DNA from: a virus
DNA: 64,000 bases
Virus record (IMG/VR): IMGVR_UViG_3300047322_000607
Coordinates: 4,620 to 68,619 of that record
Strand: one strand, 5' to 3'
Positions within the stretch are counted from its first letter, which is position 1. Each line of letters begins with the position of its first letter. The notes beneath the pieces are model-generated. The model saw nothing but the letters and a program-made list of their open reading frames with translations, searched no databases and was not told the origin of the DNA. The translations under genes and the position numbers were made by a program. Shown here piece after piece: positions 29,263 to 37,457 of this stretch.

Positions 29263-29616
29263 GTGCCGTCGGCATTCGGCGGACCGAGCATCGGCGGCGG
29301 GATCGGAAGGATGGGCATCCACCCGAACCAGGCCCCGGGAAACAACCCGGGGCAGGTCTTCGTCGCCTCCCCCGGGATCGGGTCGTATCGCATCGCCGGC
29401 GTGACCCGCGATGCCAACGGGAACCCGCTCGCCGGCTGCAGCGTCGCGGTTTTCTACACCGGGACCGACAAGATCTATACGAAGGTGGTCAGCGACGCGG
29501 GCGGCAACTGGACGGCGCTCGTTCCCGACACGACCACCAGGTTCTACGCCGTGACCTACAAAGCAGGATCTCCCGATGTCTCCGGGACGACCGTAAACAC
29601 GCTCACCGGAACGTAG
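29263..29616 (+). CDS. Carboxypeptidase-regulatory-like (prealbumin-fold) protein
   Basis: IAGVTRDANGNPLAGCSVAV..SDAGGNW. Confidence 0.65.
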   Translation: MPSAFGGPSIGGGIGRMGIHPNQAPGNNPGQVFVASPGIGSYRIAGVTRDANGNPLAGCSVAVFYTGTDKIYTKVVSDAGGNWTALVPDTTTRFYAVTYKAGSPDVSGTTVNTLTGT

Positions 29617-29629
29617 GAGGGTCCCCAGG

Positions 29630-30913
29630 GTGGCCGACATCTTCCTACGGCCCGGTGAACCCTCCCCCGCGGATGAGCGGCTTCTAAGCGACGTCGTTGT
29701 CGCGTCCTTCCCGCTGGCGCCGTTCCTGTACCACGCCGAACCACAACCCACCGACATCCGACTGAAGGATCCGCGGCGCGCGCTGGCGCAAGCCGCGCCG
29801 GCGACGATCATCGTCGCGCCGCTCGGCGTCGCTTCGGCGGAGGCTTTCGGGACCACCGCGGCGGCGCTGGTGGTGACCCCCTCGAGCATCCCGGGCGCCG
29901 AGGCCTTCGGCGCGCCGCGGGTCGCGCTAGTGGTCGCGCCGAGCGGGATCGGCTCCGCGGAGGCGCTCGGCGCGCCGCGGCTCGCGGCGATCATCACGCC
30001 GAGCTCCATCGCCTCGGCGGAGGCCTTCGGGACCGCCCGGGTCGCTGTGACCTCGGTTGTCGCACCTACCGGGATCCCCACGGCCCAGGCCTTCGGCGTG
30101 GCGCGCCTGGCGCTGGTGGTGAGCGCGACCGGGATCGCCTCGAGCGCCGCCTTCGGCGTCCCCAGGGTCGCGGAAGTGGTCGCGGCGAGCGGGATCCCAA
30201 GCGCCGAGGCCTTCGGGACCGCGGCGATCGCCGAGCGGGTCACGGCGGCCGGGATCTCGAGCGCCGAGGCCTTCGGGACCGCTCGGATCGGGTCGGGCGT
30301 CGCGCCGACTGGGATCGCCAGCGCCGAGGCCTTCGGCGCGCCGCGGGTCGACCTCGAGCTCGGCGCCACCGGGATCCCGTCTTCCGAGGCCTTCGGGACC
30401 CTGGAGATCGCCGGCGGCGTGCTGGTCGTTCTCCCGGTCGGGATCCAGTCTGGCGAGGCCTTCGGCGCGCTGGTGGTGGTGGCGAAGATCCTCCTCGGAT
30501 CGATGAAGGCGACCAGCTGGGCGACCTGGCAAGGTCGAGCGGCCGATGCGCGCCACGGCGCCGGGACGGCGAAGGCCTCGGATCGACCGGCCTACATGAT
30601 GATCGTCGGAGGGTCCATGTCCTACAACGAGGGCGATCAGATCCACGCTTCGAACGAGATCCGCTCGACCACCGCGCCATACGACCGGATCGACCCGACG
30701 ACCCTGTGCTTCAAGCTGCAGCGACCGGACGGGTCGAGCCGGGTCTACACCTACGGGACCGACGCCGAGATCGTGCGCGATAGCAAGGGCGTCTACTACA
30801 TGCTGATCGACACCACCGGCGCCCCCGGGCGCTACGTCGGGCGCTGGTGGTCGACCGGTGTCGGACAGAGCGCTACCCCGTGGGAAGCGTGGGTTGCGGC
30901 GGCGAACCTGTGA
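29630..30913 (+). CDS. Repeat-containing structural protein
   Basis: AGGAGG RBS. About 11 copies of a ~19-aa GIxSAEAFG repeat, followed by a distinct C-terminal domain. Confidence 0.7.
   Translation: MADIFLRPGEPSPADERLLSDVVVASFPLAPFLYHAEPQPTDIRLKDPRRALAQAAPATIIVAPLGVASAEAFGTTAAALVVTPSSIPGAEAFGAPRVALVVAPSGIGSAEALGAPRLAAIITPSSIASAEAFGTARVAVTSVVAPTGIPTAQAFGVARLALVVSATGIASSAAFGVPRVAEVVAASGIPSAEAFGTAAIAERVTAAGISSAEAFGTARIGSGVAPTGIASAEAFGAPRVDLELGATGIPSSEAFGTLEIAGGVLVVLPVGIQSGEAFGALVVVAKILLGSMKATSWATWQGRAADARHGAGTAKASDRPAYMMIVGGSMSYNEGDQIHASNEIRSTTAPYDRIDPTTLCFKLQRPDGSSRVYTYGTDAEIVRDSKGVYYMLIDTTGAPGRYVGRWWSTGVGQSATPWEAWVAAANL
29819..30470 (+). repeat. Intragenic ~57-bp tandem repeats
   Basis: Recurring GCCGAGGCCTTCGG at about 57-nt spacing. 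Confidence 0.75.
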
Positions 30914-31419
30914 AGGGCGCGCTCCTGCTGCTGATGCTCGCCGGCTGCTCGCCGCTGGTCTACACCCGGGGCGTGCCCAACCTTCACCAGGTCGAGCCGG
31001 GTCTCTGGCGCGGCGGCGAGCCGACCGCCGAGGGCTGGCGCTACCTGCGCGACGAGCTCGGTGTGTGCGCGACGGTTCAGCTCGACCAGGACGCCGAGCG
31101 GCCCGCCGGCGTCGAGCCCCCGGTCGGGATCGCCGTGATCGCGATCCCCATGCCCCCGGCGACCGGCGTCGACGTCTTCCTCGCGCGCCAACCTCGCCGC
31201 GCCGACCTGGTGCAGGCGGTTTTGACCATGCGCGGCCGCTCGGTGAGCTGCGCGGTCTTCGTTCACTGCTTGCACGGCGAAGATCGTACCGGGCTGGTGG
31301 TGGCGCTCTATCGCTGGTGGGGCGGCTGGACCCGTGAGGCGGCATACGCCGAGGCGATCGCGCTCGGCTTCCATCGCTCGTTGCTGGGGCTGGTGCTGAC
31401 CTGGGGGAGCTTTCCATGA
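30910..31419 (+). CDS. Lipoprotein protein-tyrosine / dual-specificity phosphatase
   Basis: GTGA coupling, LMLAG-C lipobox, PNLHQV.PGLWRGGEP, P-loop VHCLHGEDRTG (CX5R). Confidence 0.85.
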   Translation: MKGALLLLMLAGCSPLVYTRGVPNLHQVEPGLWRGGEPTAEGWRYLRDELGVCATVQLDQDAERPAGVEPPVGIAVIAIPMPPATGVDVFLARQPRRADLVQAVLTMRGRSVSCAVFVHCLHGEDRTGLVVALYRWWGGWTREAAYAEAIALGFHRSLLGLVLTWGSFP

Positions 31420-31787
31420 GCGAGGGGCGCGAGAAGCTTCCGGCTTTGGCCTTCGATGACAGCGACAAGGAGACCCCGCCGGCGCGCCCGATCCCGGGTC
31501 GGGTGATCGTCGCCTCGCCGGCGGCGACCTCGACCGACTGGCCCCCGGAGGTAGAGATCACCCCACCGGTCGCGCCAAGTTTCGGACACGTCGACCCCGA
31601 GGCGGCCGATCGCGCGCTCGAGCGGGCGGCGCTCGAGGCGCTCCTCGAGCGGGCGGCGGAATTCGCGCGAGCGATGGCGCGGCACACCATCGCCGCGAAG
31701 GAGCTCCATCACCAGGCGGCGCGGCTGAACGTCGAGGCGGCGGAGCTCGCCGCGGACGTCGCGCGCGTGCTGAAAAAGGCGCCATGA
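31416..31787 (+). CDS. Hypothetical protein
   Basis: ATGA coupling. Confidence 0.55.
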   Translation: MSEGREKLPALAFDDSDKETPPARPIPGRVIVASPAATSTDWPPEVEITPPVAPSFGHVDPEAADRALERAALEALLERAAEFARAMARHTIAAKELHHQAARLNVEAAELAADVARVLKKAP

Positions 31788-31981
31788 CACCCGGGCAGAC
31801 CTGTTACGAGGCCTACGGCGCGGCGCTCTGTTGGATGAAGGACGGCTCCCCGATGACCGTATGGCAGCGGCTCCCGGACTGGGATCGCGAGGCCTGGGAA
31901 GCGGTCGGGCGGGCGGGCAAGGCGGCCGCGGCCGCGGCGATGCTACGAAAGCCAAGCGACAGCCAAAGGAGCAACCGATGA
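31784..31981 (+). CDS. Conserved small phage protein
   Basis: GQTCYEAY..WQRLPDWDREAWEA. Confidence 0.6.
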   Translation: MTPGQTCYEAYGAALCWMKDGSPMTVWQRLPDWDREAWEAVGRAGKAAAAAAMLRKPSDSQRSNR

Positions 31982-32688
31982 TCCTTCACCCTGGATCCTC
32001 CGGCCCCGACGTCGGGAAGCTGCAACAGACCTTGATCGAAGCCGGCTATCCGATCGACCAGGCGGAGGCGGGCGCCTCGAGCTTCGGCGAGTCGACGCAG
32101 GCGGCGGTCGAGGCCTTCCAACACGCGCACGTCGGACCCGATCATCATGCGCTCGGCGAGGACGGGATCGTCGGGCCCTTCACCGAGTGGGCGCTCGAGC
32201 ACCCGGGCGGATCCTCGCCGGGAACGGTCCCGGGCTGGCGCCGCGCGCGGGTCGAGCCGGCCTCGGCGCGGGAGGTGCTCGCCGCGGCGATCGCCGAGAT
32301 CGGCGTGCGCGAAGAGCCGGACGGCAGCAACCGCGGCCCACGGGTCGACGTCTACACCGCTCCCCACCTCGGCGAGCCCTGGTGTGCTGATTTCGTTTCC
32401 TGGGCGTGGGGGCGCTACGAGGGCGGCTCGCCTTTCGGCCGGATCCGCGGCGTCTACACCCTCGAGGACTGGGGTCGCTCGCACGGCCGGATCGTCGACG
32501 TTCCGCGGCCGGGCGACGTGTGGCTGATCCTGCGGCCCCCGTCGCACGGTCACACCGGGATCGTGGTCTCGGTCTCCGACGATGGGGAGTCGATCAGCAC
32601 TTGCGAGGGCAACGCGGCGAACGCGGTTCGCGGCCTGGTGCGGCCGGTCGCCGCGATCTCGCTCTTCATCCGTCCGGTCGACCCGTAG
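31978..32688 (+). CDS. Endolysin: peptidoglycan-binding domain plus CHAP
   Basis: GSSGPDVGKLQ..FGEST.AAVEAFQ..DGIVGPFT (PG-binding). PWCADFVSW..GHTGIV..CEGN (CHAP). Confidence 0.9.
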   Translation: MILHPGSSGPDVGKLQQTLIEAGYPIDQAEAGASSFGESTQAAVEAFQHAHVGPDHHALGEDGIVGPFTEWALEHPGGSSPGTVPGWRRARVEPASAREVLAAAIAEIGVREEPDGSNRGPRVDVYTAPHLGEPWCADFVSWAWGRYEGGSPFGRIRGVYTLEDWGRSHGRIVDVPRPGDVWLILRPPSHGHTGIVVSVSDDGESISTCEGNAANAVRGLVRPVAAISLFIRPVDP

Positions 32689-32697
32689 CGAGCCGTA

Positions 32698-32835
32698 TCA
32701 ACGCAGGCCGACGGCGATCACCCAAGCGACGTTTGCCAGCGCTGCACCCAGCATCAACCCCGCCCAAAATCCCGCCTTCCATTCCCTGACCTGCGAGTCT
32801 CGGATCAATCCCGCGATGTCGATCTTTTCGCTCAT
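32698..32835 (-). CDS. Small membrane protein
   Basis: 45 aa MSEKIDIAG..FWAGLMLGAALANVAWVIAVGLR, ATGA-coupled to the upstream gene. Confidence 0.45.
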   Translation of the reverse strand: MSEKIDIAGLIRDSQVREWKAGFWAGLMLGAALANVAWVIAVGLR

Positions 32836-33068
32836 TTCAGATGCCCCCGTGAGAGAACGAGCAACACCATCCCAAGCGCGATGGCCTGGAAGAACGACCG
32901 GTCCAACGCCTTTGCGATCGGCTCATGCGTCAGTAGCTGCGCGATCAGGTTCCCGAAGAGCAGCGATCCCCACATAGCCGCGAGCGCTCCGAAGCGCCGC
33001 TTCAATCTCCCCCTGCGGCGCCCCCGCTTCACCTTCTCGCCCGTCCCGGGCAACCTCTCCCCCGTCAC
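32832..33068 (-). CDS. Small membrane protein
   Basis: Two hydrophobic segments, translationally coupled. Confidence 0.5.
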   Translation of the reverse strand: MTGERLPGTGEKVKRGRRRGRLKRRFGALAAMWGSLLFGNLIAQLLTHEPIAKALDRSFFQAIALGMVLLVLSRGHLK

Positions 33069-33340
33069 TGTTGCACCCGGAATTTTCCCGGGACATCGTC
33101 GAAATAGAGACGCGCCCCGTCGGTGATTTCGATGAAATAGCGACCCCCGTCGCTCTTCACCTTCGCGGGATTGATCCGTTCTCGGTCGATCTCGATCGGC
33201 GGCCCGCCGGCGGGATCGGCTTTGTAGATCACCTCTTCGAACGAGACCCCGAAGAGCGTCCGATCAAGGGCAAGGCGCGCGGCGGTGCGCTCTGCTTTCG
33301 ATGGGTCGTTGGTCCATTCGATTTCATATTTCTTCGACAT
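33065..33340 (-). CDS. Hypothetical protein
   Basis: AAAGGA RBS before MSKKYEIEW. Confidence 0.55.
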   Translation of the reverse strand: MSKKYEIEWTNDPSKAERTAARLALDRTLFGVSFEEVIYKADPAGGPPIEIDRERINPAKVKSDGGRYFIEITDGARLYFDDVPGKFRVQQ

Positions 33341-33569
33341 TGGGTGTGTCGTCCTTTCGTTCATCGCGCACCTGGTCGAGCACCCGGACCACCATCGCGT
33401 GACCGGCCTGGTCTTCGTCGAGCTTCACCAGTTCGAACAACCCGCGGGCGCCTTCGATGATCGCGAAGGCGAGGGTCTCGACCGTCGGCGGATCGGTCAG
33501 CGCGGCCGCGGCGCGCAGGAATGCGTCGCGGGCGCGGCCGCGATGGAAGGCGCGATCTCCGGCGCTCAA
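33324..33569 (-). CDS. Hypothetical protein
   Basis: TTGA coupling with the MT-A70 stop. Confidence 0.45.
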   Translation of the reverse strand: MSAGDRAFHRGRARDAFLRAAAALTDPPTVETLAFAIIEGARGLFELVKLDEDQAGHAMVVRVLDQVRDERKDDTPNVEEI

Positions 33570-34219
33570 AAATGAGACTTCCCGCCGCGGAGCTCGTTCC
33601 CGTAGCAGGTCCACCCGGCGCGCGGACGGCGCGCGAAATACTCGACGTAGGGCGCGCCGCGGCGACCGCCGGCGAGCGCCTCGACGAGCTGATAGAACCG
33701 CTCCGGCTTTTCCGAGTGCTCGAGCCGCGGCGCGAAGAAGACCGAGCGGACCGACTTGCTCAAGCGCTTTGGTCTACCGCGGCGGGCGATGATGCAGCGC
33801 TCTTCGACGTTGCGCACGCTCCGGCCCATGCCGAAGGCGAGCTTCGTCGAGCCGTGGGTGTGAAAGGTCCGGTCGGACAGCGGATCGATCACGAATTCCC
33901 CCGGCCCCGTCGTCTTCAACCACGTCAATTCGCCGCCCGTCGGCTCGAATTCCCACGCGCGCACCACCTCGCGCGCCTCGTCGACCATCGACGACAAATA
34001 CCAAAAAAACAAATAGCAGTCGGTCAGCATCGGCGGAAGGGGGAAGGCCTTCATCTGCGCGATCGTCATGACCGCTTTGTAGCGCTTGGCGGCTCCGCGG
34101 GTCTTCCCGGGAAGCTGGTCGTTGTGTTTCCACGGGTTATCGCTGACCAGCACGCGCGCCGGCGAGCTCGCCGAGACCATCGGCCAGTCGGCGCGCTCGA
34201 GGATCTTCGCGCGGCTCAT
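33566..34219 (-). CDS. MT-A70 family N6-adenine methyltransferase
   Basis: VLVSDNPW..DCYLFFW..WEF..TWLKT..GMG..RNVEE..EHSEKPE..YVEYFARR..GW..GNE. Confidence 0.85.
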   Translation of the reverse strand: MSRAKILERADWPMVSASSPARVLVSDNPWKHNDQLPGKTRGAAKRYKAVMTIAQMKAFPLPPMLTDCYLFFWYLSSMVDEAREVVRAWEFEPTGGELTWLKTTGPGEFVIDPLSDRTFHTHGSTKLAFGMGRSVRNVEERCIIARRGRPKRLSKSVRSVFFAPRLEHSEKPERFYQLVEALAGGRRGAPYVEYFARRPRAGWTCYGNELRGGKSHF

Positions 34220-34515
34220 GAGCGCGCCTCGGCGAGTACCTCGAGCTGAACCCGCAGCACGAGGAGAGTCTCCTTGTTCGTCGGATCGGCGAGCAGGGAT
34301 CGAGCAGTGAAGGCGATCTTTTCGAGAAGTTGGCCCCGGCTCTGTTGTCCGGGTTTCACCAGTGCAACGCCCAGTGCGAACAGCGCCTCACAGAGAGCGC
34401 AGGCGTGATCGCCGCCTTCGTTTTGGATCGAGCCGTTATCGTCGCACCGATGGTGCCGGCAGGCTCGAATCAGGTCCACCAACGGCCCACCCTTCGGAGA
34501 CTCGCCCCCGGTCAA
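34216..34515 (-). CDS. Hypothetical protein
   Basis: TTGA/ATGA coupling at both ends. Confidence 0.45.
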   Translation of the reverse strand: MTGGESPKGGPLVDLIRACRHHRCDDNGSIQNEGGDHACALCEALFALGVALVKPGQQSRGQLLEKIAFTARSLLADPTNKETLLVLRVQLEVLAEARS

Positions 34516-34679
34516 CCGCCACCCCCGACGCCGAGCTCGGGACAGTCGATCCGGCGGTGCATGTCGCCGCAGATCCCGCAGCAATGTTGCGGCGCCAACG
34601 ACATCAACCATTCGGCAAACTCCAACCAAACCCGGCGTCTGATCCGATCGTCGCTGACCTCGGTCCGCTGCTCGCTCAT
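34512..34679 (-). CDS. Small Zn-finger-like protein
   Basis: CGICGDMH..C, first gene after promoter box copy 3. Confidence 0.5.
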   Translation of the reverse strand: MSEQRTEVSDDRIRRRVWLEFAEWLMSLAPQHCCGICGDMHRRIDCPELGVGGGG

Positions 34680-34686
34680 GCTGCGA

Positions 34687-34719
34687 CGAATACGCGAAGC
34701 GGTGCAGGAGCGCAAGGAA
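34687..34719 (-). promoter_or_regulatory. Conserved phage promoter box, copy 3
   Basis: Reverse complement reads TTCCTTGCGC-TCCT-GCACC-GCTTCGC-GTATTCG, 7 nt before ATG 34679. Confidence 0.65.
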
Positions 34720-34723
34720 AACC

Positions 34724-34753
34724 TTGACGCTCGAGCGCCGACCCGCTGATAGT
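34724..34753 (+). promoter_or_regulatory. sigma70-like promoter, leaderless, for rusA
   Basis: TTGACG-N18-GATAGT, 6 nt before ATG 34760. Confidence 0.55.
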
Positions 34754-34759
34754 GCGGAC

Positions 34760-35377
34760 ATGGCGAAGCGTCGACACTGGGGCGATCGGATCCTCGACAC
34801 ATTGGGAATCGAGCATCCCGACTCGCCGGCCGTGGCGCGTTCGAAGGCGCTCCGGCAGCGGCTCGAGCAGGAGCGGCTCGAGGGCGCGCGCGCCGCGATC
34901 GCCGCGGCGGTTCCATCGTCGCCGGCGCCGCAGCAACTGGCGCTCGTCGCGCCGCACCCCCTCGAGATCCTCCTTCCGCTGCGGATCTTGATCCTCTCGC
35001 CGCCGAGGACGAAGAAGACGCACGGCAACTTGATCGACCTCGGCGAGCGCTGCTCGACCTGCGGCCGCGGCAAGCGGTCGATCATGGTTCCATCGAGCGA
35101 ACATCGGAAATGGTTCAACACCGTCAAGCAATCGGTCGAGCTACAGGCGCCGCCGACGCCGATCACCGGCCCGGTCAATGTCGCGGCGATCTTCTATCGG
35201 GAGAAGAACCTCGGCGATCTCGTCGGCTTTATGCAGGCGCTCGCCGACCTGCTCGAGGCGGCGAAAATCCTCGAGAACGATCGGCAGATCGTCGGATGGG
35301 ACCGGACGCGGATGTCGAAGGACGCCGCGAATCCGCGGATCGAGTGCACGATCGAGCGGATGATCGATCGGCCGTGA
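34760..35377 (+). CDS. rusA: RusA-like Holliday junction resolvase
   Basis: PRTKKT..PITGPVNV..GDLVGFMQALADLL..ILENDRQI..NPRIE. Confidence 0.8.
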   Translation: MAKRRHWGDRILDTLGIEHPDSPAVARSKALRQRLEQERLEGARAAIAAAVPSSPAPQQLALVAPHPLEILLPLRILILSPPRTKKTHGNLIDLGERCSTCGRGKRSIMVPSSEHRKWFNTVKQSVELQAPPTPITGPVNVAAIFYREKNLGDLVGFMQALADLLEAAKILENDRQIVGWDRTRMSKDAANPRIECTIERMIDRP

Positions 35378-35421
35378 GAACTTTTTTCCGACGGTAGAAC
35401 CGGGTGCACATGCGAAAAAAG

Positions 35422-35451
35422 TTGACGACCGTGTGACCGCTCGGTTAGTTC
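35422..35451 (+). promoter_or_regulatory. sigma70-like promoter of the replication operon
   Basis: AAAAAAG-TTGACG-N17/18-(T)TAGTT(C). Confidence 0.5.
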
Positions 35452-35457
35452 TTGCAG

Positions 35458-35630
35458 CACGACGATCGCCAACCCACGGCGGGTGGGAGATCGCTCGAAA
35501 GAGGTAGGCGCCTTTCCGGTAGCAGACGGAGCGCGTCGGGGAAAAAACCGGGGTCGGCTGTAATTCGCCTGCCTCCGGCTCACCCCGGCCCGCCAACTCC
35601 GCCGCGCTCCACCTGGTGCCGGAAAGGCTT
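35458..35630 (+). ncRNA. Candidate structured 5' leader RNA
   Basis: Nested helices 35510-19/35619-28, 35528-35/35603-10 and 35548-54/35582-88, plus a CTC-GAAA-GAG tetraloop. Confidence 0.45.
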
Positions 35631-35641
35631 GTCCGCGTCCG

Positions 35642-36613
35642 ATGGCCCGCGCTGGTCTCAAAGTAAATCGGAAATTCATCCGGCTTGCGACGCAGCTGGG
35701 CGCGATCTTCCCGCGAATGGGCGAACTGATCGCCCGGGGCGCTCTTGAGACCATGTGGGATCACGCCTACGAACGGGCCGACGAGCATCTAGGCGACGCG
35801 GAAGACGTCGAATGCGCCGCTCGCTGGCAAGGCGATCGCGGCGTGCTCCTGGCGATGCTGCTCGGGTGCGGCGGCGAGGGGCGACCGGGATTCGTCGAGC
35901 CGGACCCGGATCGGGGCGGCTACCGAGTTCACGACCTTTGGCAGCATGCCCCCCCATGGGTCCGCCGGAAGCTGGCCTCCGAGGAACGGCGCCGGATCGC
36001 CGGGGTCTCGATTTCCGACCTACGCAGGGAAGCAGGGCGGCAAGGAGCCGCGGCGAAGAAAGCAAACGGGAAGCAAAAGGTCGACCTTTTCCCGGTGAGA
36101 GCAAATGGTTCGCAAGATGCTGCCCAGGGACGGGACGGGATAGGGACGGGACGGGATAGGGACGGGACGGGACGGGTACAGACAAGGCCCCCCCAGGTCG
36201 CGCCGCTCGAGCTCGCCCCAGGAGCTCCCGACCTGGGCAAGCCGGCGAACGCGAAACAGCGCGCCACGGTCGACCGCTTCCTGCAGGCGGCGCTCGAGGT
36301 GCTCGACCGGCTGAACGTCGAGCGGATGCGGGTGATCCCCGGGACCCGTAAGATCACCCCGTCGTATTCGGCGCTCTCCGGGATCGCCGGCCGGCTCGAG
36401 TCCGGCTTCACGGTCGCCGACTGTCAGCACGTCGTGACCGTCCGCGCCGCCGAGGTCCGCACCGACCCGAGTAGCGCGAAGTGGTTCGATTCGGTTTCGC
36501 CGTGGCGAGAGGAGAACTTTCGCCGCTACCTCGACCGCGTGCCGTCGAGGGCGACCAACGTCATGGACCCGGGATCGGAGTCGGATCTCGAGGAGAAGAT
36601 GCGCCATGGATGA
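35642..36613 (+). CDS. Phage replication initiator
   Basis: YRVHDLWQH, RREAGRQGA, repeat-rich linker, DnaB/DnaD-like C-terminus (VSPWREENFRRYL). Directly upstream of a DnaC-like gene. Confidence 0.75.
   Translation: MARAGLKVNRKFIRLATQLGAIFPRMGELIARGALETMWDHAYERADEHLGDAEDVECAARWQGDRGVLLAMLLGCGGEGRPGFVEPDPDRGGYRVHDLWQHAPPWVRRKLASEERRRIAGVSISDLRREAGRQGAAAKKANGKQKVDLFPVRANGSQDAAQGRDGIGTGRDRDGTGRVQTRPPQVAPLELAPGAPDLGKPANAKQRATVDRFLQAALEVLDRLNVERMRVIPGTRKITPSYSALSGIAGRLESGFTVADCQHVVTVRAAEVRTDPSSAKWFDSVSPWREENFRRYLDRVPSRATNVMDPGSESDLEEKMRHG
36127..36178 (+). repeat. GGGAC/GGGATA tandem array (candidate origin / G-quadruplex)
   Basis: Ten consecutive GGG tracts with 2-3 nt spacers. Confidence 0.8.
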
Positions 36614-37457
36614 AGATTTGAAAGCGACGCTCGAGCGGCTGACCGCCGGCGCTACGCAGGGGCCCGCCGAGGCGACGAGCCGCTGCGGTCTCCCGGCCTG
36701 GCTCCTCGAGGACAAGATCCCGACCGGCACCTACTGCGACGGCGGGACCCATATCCGGGTGAGCGGCTCCGACCCGAAGACCACCAGGCGCTACGACATC
36801 GAGACCGTCGGGCGATGCCCAGCGGCGGTCAGCGACGAGATCGCGAAGCGCTACAGCACCGAGCGGGCCCGGTTGAAAGGCCCGATCGATAAGCTGGTGA
36901 AGCAGGGCGGCGAGGGCTTCGAAGGCTTCGACGCGCGTCGCCACCGGTCCGCGGCGAAAGCGCTCGAGGTGATGCAGGCCTTCGCCGCCGATCCGGCCGG
37001 CGCGAACGTCTTCCTCTTCGGCCCGACGGGTCTCGGGAAAACCCGGCTCATGCTGGCCTCGCACTTCGCGCTCCTGCGGCGCGGGGTCAACTCGCGTTAC
37101 GTGACCTCGCCGGAGCTCCGATCGCTCTTCCGGCGGAAGGAGTCGTTCGACGAAGACGCGGCGAAGGAAGCGAACGATGCGCTCCTCGCGCTGCAGGGCG
37201 CGGCGGTGATCCACGCCGACGACCTCGGCGACATCGAGGGCGACGAGCGGAAGAAAGGCGGCTTCGCCGAGGGTCTGAAAGACCTTCTCCGGCTGGCGCG
37301 CGGGACGTGGGTCTTCTCGACCAACTGCGGCTATGCCGAGCTCAAATCTCACCCGGACATCGGCGCGAAGAACCTCTCCCGGATGGTCGAAGGCGCAACG
37401 CTGGTGCCGATGGAAGGGAAGGATTTCCGAGTTCAGACCGCCAAGGTCGCCAAATGA
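36606..37457 (+). CDS. DnaC/IstB-like helicase loader ATPase
   Basis: Walker A GPTGLGKT, Walker B IHADDLG, FSTN, SRM.EG. Confidence 0.85.
   Translation: MDEDLKATLERLTAGATQGPAEATSRCGLPAWLLEDKIPTGTYCDGGTHIRVSGSDPKTTRRYDIETVGRCPAAVSDEIAKRYSTERARLKGPIDKLVKQGGEGFEGFDARRHRSAAKALEVMQAFAADPAGANVFLFGPTGLGKTRLMLASHFALLRRGVNSRYVTSPELRSLFRRKESFDEDAAKEANDALLALQGAAVIHADDLGDIEGDERKKGGFAEGLKDLLRLARGTWVFSTNCGYAELKSHPDIGAKNLSRMVEGATLVPMEGKDFRVQTAKVAK

Noticed and set aside
29819-30470. Regularly spaced repeats as a CRISPR array or DGR
   Set aside because: The repeats are degenerate at third codon positions and encode a protein repeat. No cas or reverse transcriptase gene was seen.
35402-35419. Extra promoter-box copies (35402-35419 on -, 63331-63350 on -, 24376, 50731)
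   Set aside because: They have mismatches or wrong spacing, lack the downstream GTA, or are intragenic.
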